From: Moniliella sp. 'wahieum'
Lineage: Eukaryota
Assembly (NCBI GenBank): GCA_003971905.1
Contig: RSEE01000034.1
Span: 1 to 64,000 of the forward strand
Reading direction: 5' to 3'
DNA length: 64,000 nt
Of the stretch, positions 11,794 to 22,299 are shown piece by piece. The notes under the pieces were generated by a model, which had not been told where the DNA came from, searched no databases, and worked only from the letters and a program-made list of their open reading frames with translations. Each line of letters begins with the position of its first letter. Within the stretch, counting starts at the first letter, position 1. The position numbers and the translations under genes were made by a program.

Positions 11794-14700
11794 CCCCCGC
11801 TGACCGGAGGGCCCAGTCATGTGGACTGGATCCATCTCCTCGACGCGGAGTTGAGCAAGATGGCTTGTCAGGGCGGGACGGCCGAGAGGCTTGGTGAGGA
11901 CGTCCGCTGGGTTCCTTTCGCCGGGGATGTGTACAAGTATGGCCTCGCCCGAGTCCACGTGTTGCCGTACATTGTGGTACCGGATCTTCAGCTCTCGGAG
12001 CTTGCCGGTGCTGCCAAATTTGTGGGCGAGATCGACGACAGACTTATTGTCGCAATACCAATGAATGGGTGTACCCTCGCCGATGGCCCCAAGCTCGATC
12101 ATGATGTTCTTGACATAGTTGGCGTCAACCAGTCCATCATATCCTGCCGTATATTCGGCGGCGGCGGTACTGGTAACGCTCTTCGGCTGAAGAATGGATC
12201 GCCACGACACCGGCACACCGTACACCATCAGTAGGCATCCAGATGTGGAGCGTGCCTGGATGGGATCTCCCGCCAAGTCGGAATCTGTATACAGCGCAAT
12301 GGCCGGTGCATCTGATGTTGGGGTCAACCTCAGGCCCTTTCCTCGAGTATGGTACAGGTAGCGAAGGAAGTCATCGACTGCTTGATGATGCTGCTGCGAT
12401 GGGTCGGCAGCGGCTCTGCTGAGGGCCGTGATAGCGAAGAGGGAGTCAGGCCGGCCCATTCGTGCAGCCCACAGTCCCGATCCGATCTTCCCCTGATATG
12501 CCTTGCGCAAGGCTGGGAGGGATGGGGGTTCAGGGTCGGCACGGGGCGGTATCATCCGTACGGGATGTGGGAGAGTCCGGATCCACGGGGCTTTGATGTG
12601 GTGCTTTGCCACCACTTCCTCGATGAACTTTGGTTGGCTCAGGTACAGCTCCCCACCGATCCGATCGTATTGGCATCCCAGGTGGTAGTGAAGGGGACCG
12701 TTACCACGAACATCAATGTGTGTGTTTATCTCGGCCATAAACTCCTCGTACTTTTGGTGTGACTTGCATGCGAGGAGCAGATCGTCGGTGTGGACCGCCA
12801 GGAGGATCTGCTCACCCGGTGGTGCAGCGCGCACGAACAAGCAGGGCTCGGTCAAGCTTTGCGTGAAGCCGAGCTTGTCACGCAGCAGGTTCCGGATGTA
12901 TCGTGCCCAGTTTGCTCCGCTCTGATGTAGCCCGTATAGACTCTTCTTGAGACGCCACACGCGACCACCCGCTTCGGGGAAGTAGGGGGGTGGGCGGATG
13001 TAGACTGCTTCTTCGAGGGGGGCGTTCAGGTACGCTGCATTGACGTCCGCCGAGAAGAGGCCAAACTTATACTTCTCGGCCAGCACGACGAGGGTCAGGA
13101 TGGCAGGTGTGCGCACCGATGGTGCGAACGTCTGGCCCCAAGTCTCGGCCGATTGTTGGTGTCCGCCCGCGACAAAGCGCGCGCGGTGGCGCAGGAACCG
13201 GCCCTCGGCGTCCGTCTTTGTGGTGATGCGCCATAGTCCTATGAGGATTTGTGCACCCGGTGGTGGGTACGTAGCCTCGTAGGTGCCGTATCGCGCGAGT
13301 GTGGCCACCTCGTCGGCCATAGCCTGCTTGACCATGGCAAAGGAGGGGTGAGTCTCGAGACCCTTGAGCGTCTTGGGAGCGAGGGGTACGCCATCCTTGG
13401 TGAGCTGAACCGTGTCCGGGTGGATGGGTGCGCTGAGAGCAGTCATGGCGGCGTATTCGGGAGGTTGAACTGTGTCGGCAAACGGGGGGGCGGATGTGTC
13501 AGGTAGGGGGCGGGCGATGCCGATCTCTGGTGCGGCGCAGTGGGGCGTGGCGGCTGCAGCACGAGCATGGTAGGTCGTGTCGGTGGGGTCGTCAGCGATT
13601 GGGAGTGTGTGCAGGTCGAGGGAGGTGCGGGTGGTGCGCTGGCGGAGGGGGTAGCGGCGCGGAGGGGGGGTGGTGGTGGGAGCGGGTGTCTGGGGTGTGG
13701 CGGCGGTTCGGGGCATGGGTGCTGCCGCGGCTGGCGGAGTAGGGTTAGCGTCTTTTTCACTGTCGATTTTAATTTGAGGTGATTTGGAGATGTCGGGTGG
13801 GAAGTGGTCGGGGTGGAGATGGGGGTAGATGGCGTTGCCCCATTTGTACGGTTTCGACCAGCGGTAGGTGAAGGTACCCAGGGATGGTTGGTATGTGGCG
13901 AAGAGCCATCCCTTTGATCCGCGCTGATGGTGGTATCCTACCAGCATACCTTCCTCTGCCCGCGCGCTGAGCTTGTGCTCGCGGCGTGACTCGGGCAGAT
14001 GGAGGTATGCAACGCGGCCAAAGGGTTGCATCGGTAACGAGTATGCGTGGCCTTTGTATCGCTCAAATCGCGATTTGTTGTCTTCCCCGGATGTTTTGAG
14101 TGGCATTTGGTTTTGGGTGAAGCACGCAGCGTGGAGGCTGTGTTCCCACCAGTCCGACGTCGGAAGACCTGTACCCAAGAGCAACTGCCTTGCACGAGTC
14201 GTTATGGTTCGGATGGCACGCTCAGCCACACCGTTGCTAGCACTCTGCCCCGGGATTGTCCGTTCTGACGTGATGCCTTGCTCGTCCAGAAAAGGTTGCA
14301 GTGCGCTTGTCAATTCGGGGGCGTTGTCCGTGCGCAAAGTCCGCAGCAGTCTGTCCGGGCCGTAGCGTTGCTCCCGCAATATGAGGTTCCGCAGTTCCTT
14401 CGTTGCAGCGCCCTTTGTCGGGATCGCTGTGGTGAAGACGTACCGCGTGAAGTCATCAACGGCGACGAGGGCGTATCCGTGCCCCATGCCGGTTACCCGG
14501 GGGAGGTCTACTACGTCGACGTGGAGGACCTCGAAAGGTCTTTTGGATCGGAGGCGGTCCCGGCTCGGATGGGGCGATGCTGTCGCTAGTGCCACCGCGC
14601 ATGTTGGGCAATCCCACTCTGAACGACAGAGGGAGATATGCTTGGCTGTGACGCGGAGGCCTGCGGTTTCCGATCGTGTAAGCCAGGGGAGGAGGTCGAT

Positions 14701-15230
14701 GGCTGCGTGGTTCCAGCGTTTGTGGGCTTTAGAGACGTGGTCCAGGGCCAGGGATGCTGCGAGGGAGTTTGGGGTTGAGGGTGGGTCGGCCGGTTTGATC
14801 GGTTTGGTCGCCATGGCCCGCAGGGGTGGGGTGGCGTTCGCGGGTTGTGTAAGATCGTGAATTGATAGTCACTGCCGGTTACTTTTCGTAGGGTGGATCC
14901 TGGGTTACCAAGCCAGATACCCTTCTGGTGTGGGGCGAAGTATGATGCGATTCCGGTGTTCGACAGGTGTGCTACACTGACGAGATTTCGGCTGAAACGG
15001 GGCATGTATAGGCTGTTGGGGAGTTTTATCTCCATTTGGTGTCCTCCTAAGCATCGGATACGGATTGTGGCCGTGCCTCGTCCTTCCGCCTTTACATGTG
15101 TCCCGTTAGCAACCTCTATCTCGTCGTCGCAAGGGGTCATGGATGTGAAGACGGATTTGTCTTTCCAAATGGATGGGAATGCCCCACTGTCATATAATGC
15201 CCGGATGATTCGCATTTCGCCCCCGAGTTC
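11788..15230 (-). CDS. pol: Copia Pol (protease-integrase-RT-RNase H); one frameshift near 14820
   Basis: Protease LYDSGA...IEVANG; HKRWNH...CPTC zinc finger; integrase LHVD, VDDFTRY, RTDNAPE and NGVAERAIRT; RT ARFVAGG, DVNAAYLNA, LKKSLYGL and HTDD; RNase H YTDSD, CDNKS and NPADVLTK. Confidence 0.95.
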
Positions 15231-16478
15231 CTAGTAGTCAGCTGTGCCCGCATCAACGTCAATCACTTCAGACTCGGGAGAGCTCGCTCTCTGAGCGACG
15301 TGAGCGTTGGCTCGGCCTGGGTTGCGCGGAGGGACAACAGGTTTATTAGACGTCGCGCTGCGCCAGGGTTGGTTGGTGCGGTCTTGCCCCTTGGTCTTTG
15401 TGTCCGCGAGGTTGTCGTCGCCGGCTTTGCCCCCGCTGGAGTTTTTTCCCCCGCTGGTGGGTCGTCCCCCGCTGTCGGGTCGAGTCCAAGGCGTTCCTCC
15501 GTTGACCGGCTTGCCTCCGTTTCTCTTCCTTTCTCCACCGGGATACGTGGCGGCTGGTATGTCCATCACGGCCTGCCGTAACTTGTCTAGACTCGAGCGC
15601 TCTTCACGCTGGCGAATGCTCATGTCGCGTAAGCCGAGTAGGATCCCAGTGCGTTCCTGCTCTTCCGTAAGTGGGATGCCCGCTCGCGTCAGGCTTGCAC
15701 TGATCTCTTCCATGTAGTCGAGGTAGTCTCGACCCGATCGGTTTCCTTGGTCGGCCGAAAAGTAGCGAATGAGTAGAGGCCCTCTGTTTGCGGTAGGCGT
15801 ATATCCATACCGCTGACGCAGCATGTTCAGCGTGTCCTGGGTGCATGATATTTCGTGGTGGGTGCGGATCGTCCGGAAGAGGGTTGACGGCATGGCTTCC
15901 CTAAGAAGGTTGTGCAAGCGTCTGTCGAGGTCCTCGGTGAAGTAGCGGGAGCTGCGACCATTCTGGACGACGTCGCTTGCGTGGGGGTGGGCATCTGTTA
16001 TCGCGAAGAGAAATTCGTCTTCCCAAGCGCTGTAGGCGGACGGGTCTTTGTTCAGATCAGGCCACTTGATATTCTTGGTGGGAGACTCGCGTAGTGATCT
16101 GTAAAGGTCGTACTCGGGTCGCGAGGCTGCGCCTGTAGGTGCCCCCAAAGTTGCGTTGGGTTGAGTTTCCATTTGGTGGATGTTTTGCACCACAAAATTC
16201 GTAGCCCGTCGAACCCAGTTTGTCGTGATAGACGTAGGTTCGTCCTTCCATCCAAGCCACTCGGCTCTGTCGTGTATAGCTCTGTTGATCTTCTCTTTAA
16301 CGACATCGATGTCGTTCGTCTTCTTGAACCACAGGTGCGCTTCGGCGCAAAGCATCATGAGTTCCTCGTTGTCGGTGCCAATCGGTGGCGGATCGCGACC
16401 GGTTGGTGTCCAGTAATCGCGCTTGTTCACCATTGTGGTGTCGCTGACCGAGAGATCGGTGTTAGCGTTGGCGCCCAT
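15231..16478 (-). CDS. gag: Copia Gag
   Basis: ORF from the first ATG after the 5' LTR (MGANANTD...) to TAG at 15231-15233. Position upstream of the protease; no CCHC knuckle seen. Confidence 0.8.
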   Translation of the reverse strand: MGANANTDLSVSDTTMVNKRDYWTPTGRDPPPIGTDNEELMMLCAEAHLWFKKTNDIDVVKEKINRAIHDRAEWLGWKDEPTSITTNWVRRATNFVVQNIHQMETQPNATLGAPTGAASRPEYDLYRSLRESPTKNIKWPDLNKDPSAYSAWEDEFLFAITDAHPHASDVVQNGRSSRYFTEDLDRRLHNLLREAMPSTLFRTIRTHHEISCTQDTLNMLRQRYGYTPTANRGPLLIRYFSADQGNRSGRDYLDYMEEISASLTRAGIPLTEEQERTGILLGLRDMSIRQREERSSLDKLRQAVMDIPAATYPGGERKRNGGKPVNGGTPWTRPDSGGRPTSGGKNSSGGKAGDDNLADTKTKGQDRTNQPWRSATSNKPVVPPRNPGRANAHVAQRASSPESEVIDVDAGTADY

Positions 16479-16532
16479 GGTTGTGGGTGTAGTTTTGGCC
16501 AGCTCAGGGATGAGCAGATAAGGATGTAACTC

Positions 16533-16691
16533 TGTCGGCCTCGCTACTACCACAGAATGTGAGCACTGAACGTCGTATTGGACTAAGAAGCTTCTGCGAC
16601 TGACTCGTCCAGAAGACTGGTGCGAGCTCGGAAGGAATGAAAGCTGACTCACGTGACTCAGGGTCCGCGCGGTCCTAGGACGGATGTCACA
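16533..16691 (-). repeat. 5' LTR of the copia element (159 bp)
   Basis: Direct repeat of 11634-11793. Confidence 0.95.
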
Positions 16692-18530
16692 ATGCTGGTT
16701 CCCCAGCGATATTCTGAGTGCAGTTATGCAGTGGTAAAGGGAAGACAGGAAAATAAGAAGAAGTTGGAGTGGCACTAGGCCAGAGGATAGGGATACTGGC
16801 ATGGTACTCGCCTATGTAAGAAGGTCAGAGTGATCGATGATCTCGGAGGTGATGACCCTCAGATTCAGACCCTTCTGCCGGTCAACAGGGTTAAACGTTA
16901 ACGTTAACGCCTAACGTTACGCGCCAATGTGCCTTCGGATCCCGCCACTTCTGGGATCTAGGATCTATAACGCGATAACGTACTAAGGTCGGACATGTCA
17001 GTCTGACAGCTGCCACCGCTGCCATCACAAATCCCAAACTCGCTGGCGTTCGAGCCTGTTGGACGTTGGACGTTGCCTCGTTGGGGCCCCAAAAGGCCCT
17101 CACCGTCCGCGTACTCTGAATCGTGGTTGTTAGTAGAGTCGGCGCAGCAGCGGTCTTTGAATTCATGGAAGCGGCGGTTTTTGCCACATGTATATCACCC
17201 TTTCCACGGGTGCGACACTGTCATGCCTCACCGGTCACCACTAGTCACTGCCCCAGGGTCACTAGGTCACTACGAGGCGAACGGGGCCTCTCTTGTCGCT
17301 TGATACATAGCGAGATCTCACCATCGCTTCCCGGATCGAGGATCTTAGATCATCGATCATCGATTATCGATTATCGATTACAGATCTCAGAATCTCACCG
17401 GTCACCGAGGTGAGTACTCACTGAGTGTACCCGACCCCAGAACTCACCGCACATGTGGGGCTGCAGTAACTTTAATAACTCGCCCCAGTTTTGGCCACAG
17501 CATCGATCATCCGTATGTTGTAACCATGTCACATGTCATGCATGTCATTGACGATGGGACAAAGAAACGCTGCGCCAACACCCCGCCCGACCCGTTCATG
17601 GGGCGTGTGTTGTTGCCTGTCAACTCATGTCAACGTTCAAGCGCCCCGGTCGATATCGTAACCTTACAGTTCTGACATAAGCGCTAAGCTGCTCACATGG
17701 CGCTCACAGGGTGAACGTTGAACAACAGGGTAACGGTGGCTATGGCGATGATGGCAGGGTGGAACGGTGGGTGGCAAGCAAGCGGGGCCGTGGGCCCGGG
17801 GGTCCTCTAGTCGATATAAACATCGGTCGACTTCCCCACCGCGTGCATCATGCACCTTTTGCATCATGTCACGGCACCCGAGCCCCCCGGGATCACGGAT
17901 CGATCACATATCGTACCCCCACTAGTTGATCGCATGTATCAAGCGCTCAGCCTGAGCCACCGGGTCCAACTGGTACTGAACCTTCAACGTTAGGATATAG
18001 TAAGCCTTCGGTGCGGGCTTGGGTTAATAGACGCAGTTCAATCCGGCTGCCATGACCCTTCTACATGCCTCAAGCCTGACCGGCCTGACCTCCCGCCCCG
18101 GCCTCACATGCCCTCGTTTGGGCCGGCGGGGTCCACTATTTTCTCTCTCCAACCATCTGTCTTCATGCTTCACTAGCTTCAAGCTTCACCGCTCTTCGCC
18201 ATTCTGTCGGAGTTGTAACCGCACAAGCGGCTATAGAGCTATAGCCTTGGCGCGTCAGAGATATAGATCTTGGCACACGAAAAAAGAGGCATGCTGCATA
18301 CGAAATGGGAGATGGAGTGACTATAATGTTACGTTCGTAACCGCGTAACCCTCCTCAGGTGTCACTTAGTCACTGACCCCGGTCATCGGGGCCATCAATC
18401 GCAGCGGTCATGAACTGTATGAACGTTTTCGACCGCTTTTAGCGCTAAGGAGGCTTATGGCTAAGGCTTAGCATGGGCCACAACATCAATCGATCATCAC
18501 ATTAATCACGGCACTTGGGCACGTTACTTG

Positions 18531-18836
18531 GTTCAAGCTAGCTTCAAGCCTTCAAGCTTCAAGCTTCAAGCTTCAAGCTCTTCAAGTCACTAGTCAAGTG
18601 TCAAGCGTGAAGCTTTCTAGTTCTTCTAGGTTTAGTAGGCTGTAGTATAGCTATTGAGCGAGTGATTAGTAACTAGTAACTAGTAGACGTTCAACGGTTC
18701 AACGTTCAACGTTCAACGAACGTGAAGCGTGAAGCTCAGCTGAAGCTCAGAAGCCTGAAACTAGCTGAGCGCTGACCGGTGACCGCTGACCGGGGATCAG
18801 TGCCCGCCTGTGCCTCGTAACGCGTAACGCGTAACG
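18531..18836. repeat. Cluster of period-7 palindromic microsatellites: (AAGCTTC)n, (ACTAGTA)n, (AACGTTC)n, (ACCGGTG)-like, (ACGCGTA)n
   Basis: Read directly from the sequence: ttcaagcttcaagcttcaagc, tagtaactagtaactagt, acgttcaacgttcaacg, cgtaacgcgtaacgcgtaacg. Confidence 0.9.
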
Positions 18837-19289
18837 GCCCTGCCCGGCAAAACCCATCACCCTGTATCAGTGTCGTATTCTTCCTGCCTGCCTCGCATAA
18901 CCTGGTGCCAGGCACCCCCGCCCACAGCCGGAACACGGCCCTGGTCCCCACTTGGCGCTCGTCGCTGGACCCCACGGGTCCCCGCTGGGCACTGGACGCG
19001 GGGTGCTCGAGGCGCTGGGTGGCTGGGTAGGGTGGCTGGCCAAGGTTCCGAGCCGACTGCAACAGACTGGAACCATGCAATCCGATGCTGAACCGTGCAA
19101 CAGGGAGTGCTAATCTGGAATCGAAGCATGATGTGTATGATGCCACAAGTCGTGTTATATTTGCCTTGCTCCATCCACCCTTTTACAGCACTCCTTCCGC
19201 AGCTGCTCGATCCCCCTCGCTGCCACTTTCCCCACCACCATCGCCATCCCCGCCTCCCCAATGGCCACCACCACCCCGCCCCCTTCGAC

Positions 19290-20355
19290 ATGCTTCTGGC
19301 CATGTCGCCGTCCAGCGAGTCCAGCGGCTTGCTTGCTGCGGGCGATGACCCCGTTCTTGGGCTGTCCCCCACCATCTCCGCGGAGCTACCGTGCGTTGGA
19401 CAAGAGCACGTGCCGCAGCGCTGCGAACCCACTTTTTCCCAGTCGCCCTTCAGCATACTTCCCCGGCAGCTGCCCGAGCTGCCACCGTTAATGACCGACG
19501 CTAGCACAGCGTTCGCCTCGGTTGGCCCTGTTGATTTCCCATCACTCCAACCGGACAACCATAGCCTGCCACCATCCCCAGCAGCGACCGCCCGCCACTC
19601 ACCTCGTCCCCGGCCTTCCGTACATTAGCGCGCTCAAACCATCCTTTTTGTCCCGGGCTCGTGTGCGTCTGGGGTGCAAGTTCCCCCAATCGACACCTCG
19701 GCTTGCTGGCCTGCTGCACCTGTGCAAAAGAACCTACTTGGTGTACGTTTTCCCGCCCTCATCGTGTCAATCGAGCATGCTGTGGGTCCGTGCTAACTCG
19801 CCTCTCCATTCTAGTTGTGGCCAACATGTTTTCGACTGCTGTTCCATCGAAAGAGGAGCTTCTGTCCTGGCCAGCTATCACGCCGCCCCAAGCCGTCTTC
19901 TTCTTCCCGCAGCCTGCCGTGTCCTCCCTGGACCCCATCAGCGGCCAAGAAGTTCCGCTCTCTCCCCCGCTCCCACGCGGCCGACGTAGCGAGTCGGTGA
20001 AAGTGGGACCGTCCACTACGTCGAAGCAGCATCGTCGCACCCAATCCGACGGCAACCTGAATCCTCACGGAAAGCCGAAACAAGCCAGGCGTCGGCGACG
20101 GTTGACAGGACATTTCCCTGCGACCACTGTGGGCGTGTATTTGTGCGCAACTACAACTTGACCGCTCATAACCTTACGCACAACCCCGAGCAGCCTCGTC
20201 CTTTTACCTGTCCGGTCGATGGGTGCCACAAAGCGTTTGCGCGCAAGTACGATGCGCAGCGGCACTACCGCAAACTCCATGTCGAGCAGGAGGCGCTCCC
20301 TCCCGACTGGGTTGATCGGATCGTGGATTCTCGTATGGTCAAAGTGGGAAACTAA
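19290..20355 (+). CDS. C2H2 zinc-finger transcription factor (two C-terminal fingers)
   Basis: FPCDHCGRV-[frameshift]-RNYNLTAHNLTH and FTCPVDGCHKAFARKYDAQRHYRKLH. Probable intron ~19743-19814 (gtacgt...gctaac...ctag). Start uncertain. Confidence 0.8.
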
Positions 20356-21402
20356 TCTGATTTCTCCAAGGACCGCATCGCAAATGCAACCTGGGAACCT
20401 ACTGTTTGTTGACATGTTCTCTGTCGTGTTACGTTTTTACGTTTACGCCGTGGTCACGTTCCCTGCGGCTCTCTTCGCAATTTCTGAGCTTACACTGTGC
20501 ATTGCTTTTGTACGAGATGCCTTGATGCAACTCCTTATTCGCAAGCCTGGATACAAGAATAGCTTCTTCTCCCTGTTGTTTTTGTCCCACCATGTTATCG
20601 TCACAACGGATTTCTTGTTACCATATTCAAAGACGGAGGGGATCGCGGTAATCGGCCGGTAAACGCGTAAAGATACATACACAGAGTCCACACTAGTACG
20701 TAGTCCTCTCATCGAAACGTGCGCAACCGTTAGATTCGTACAAGTGGAGGCGTGGGAGACTTGTATGCTGCCCCTGTCGAGAGGTGCCCAGCATAGTCGG
20801 GGGCTGAATGCAGACAGAAGGCAAGGTTAGTGGAGACGAGTAGCAGGGATGAGTGGGTGGGCTGTGGGAGGAAGGCGAGTTGCTTTGACGATAGGCGCTG
20901 GGGCGCTGAGCGCCAATATGTTCGAACGCCTGGACGTTCGATGATCCATCAACCATCAGACACTCGCAATGCCCTCACGCCAGCCTTGCCTTACATAGGC
21001 ATAGGTGTTTACCACTCAGCGACTCGGATCGCTCCGAAACGCTCCTCCAGCCAGTCGCTGTCTTCACTTCCGACGGATGGGGAGCAGCGCACGCCAAATG
21101 ATTAATGAGTCAGCTAGTGTAGACGCAGCGTTTCCTTGTCCCTGTCTAATAAGATTTGCACATGCTATGACTGCAACATTGAGAGGGTCGCTCTTGTCTC
21201 TCTTTCCCAATTCGGTCCCATGGAAATAATATAGGCAGCCCATCTTGGGTTAGCATCAAGAACGTGCCATTTTGTACAGCGAAACTACGCTGCGGGAATG
21301 CCTAGGGGCATAGTGTTCCGCTCCTGGTCAAGCCAAACGAGGCCCCGCCAGCAAGCGGAGACGTTGAGATGAGGAGCAAAAAAGAAGTAGACCAGTGGGC
21401 GT

Positions 21403-21996
21403 TTACTTCTCTTGCCGGCGATGGCACGGCCGCGACGGCCAGTAGTCTTGGTGTGCTGGCCACGAACGCGCAAACTGGAGGTAGTGGCGGATACCACGGT
21501 GAGCGGGATCTTCTTGAGGCGCTCAATGTCCTCACGCAGAGCCGAGTCAATGTTGTTCGAGACAAGCTGCGACGACTTGCCCGTCGTCACGTCCCGCTGC
21601 CGGTTGAGGAACCAGTCAGGGATCTTGAACTCTTGAGGGTTCTGCAGAATGTTGACCACACGCTCCAGCTCGTCCGAGTTGAGCTCGCCGGCACTGTCAT
21701 AATGAGTAGTGGTCAGTATCCTCACGCTCTACTCAAGGCCCGAGGGGGTGGAGAGCAAGGCCGTGGGACGGAGGCGGAACACGCATCGCCTACTACGTCG
21801 TCCAGCCAAGAGGGGAAACGTACCGCTTGTTCAGGTCAATGTCGGCCTTCTTGCACACCATGTTGGCGAAGCGGCGACCAACACCCTTGATCTGGGTCAG
21901 GGCGTACATGATCTTGACCCTGCCGTCAACGTTGGTGTTGAGCAAACGCAGAATGTGCGCAAAGCTCTGCGACGCGTCCATGGGAACGAGGGACAT
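21403..21996 (-). CDS. RPS18: 40S ribosomal protein S18 (uS13)
   Basis: [12 protein letters not shown]...[21 protein letters not shown] | intron 21694-21823 | AGEL...[10 protein letters not shown]...[16 protein letters not shown] further 5'-UTR intron is likely at 22006-22060. Confidence 0.97.
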
Positions 21997-22130
21997 GACG
22001 GGCAACTGCGCACAGTCAGCACTCAGCCTCGGGAGAGAGAGCAGGGCAAGGAGGACTTACTAGGCTTGGGGCGGTGGGCGTGGACGATGCCGACGGGCGA
22101 GGCTGAGAATGGTGGAGGGGGGGCGTACAG

Positions 22131-22182
22131 TAGGGTTAGGTTAGGGTTCCGCAGTTTCTCGGATTTAATTGCGCAACCCTAG
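22131..22182. promoter_or_regulatory. Telomere-like (telo-box/AACCCT) motifs upstream of RPS18
   Basis: tagggttaggttagggtt at 22131-22148 and aaccctag at 22175-22182, just upstream of the RPS18 5'-UTR exon. Confidence 0.5.
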
Positions 22183-22299
22183 TCGCTGGCCTCCGTGCTG
22201 GCCTTCCAGCCTCCTGTGTCTGCTGCTGTCAAACTACGCGGGGAAACGTCACACCTGCGTCCGATGGTCTGCAATCTCCATTGCCCACCTCGTTCCATC

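Larger units (their letters stand above)
11634..16691 (-). mobile_element. Full-length Ty1/copia LTR retrotransposon
   Basis: Two TG...CA LTRs, 5-bp TSD ATGCT (11629-11633 and 16692-16696), domain order gag-PR-IN-RT-RH, G-rich PPT (cagcggggg on the minus strand) abutting the 3' LTR. Confidence 0.97.

Noticed and set aside
7031..14860. Numerous antisense ORFs over the retroelements and GC-rich genes
   Set aside because: Shadow ORFs caused by high GC and codon structure of the sense-strand genes.
16479..16802. N-terminal extension of Gag in the 523-aa ORF call
   Set aside because: It runs through the 5' LTR into flanking host DNA, so it is a chance open frame. The same LTR peptide appears in ORF 11457-11753.
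6911..17430. Inverted repeat (actcagtgagt / actcactgagt) bracketing both retroelements as a composite transposon
   Set aside because: Only 11 bp, and built from the AGTACT/TGAG motifs that are common throughout the intergenic DNA; no TSD.
21694..21823. Intronic snoRNA in RPS18
   Set aside because: No convincing box C (RTGATGA) or H/ACA architecture; the CTGA present fits the branch point.
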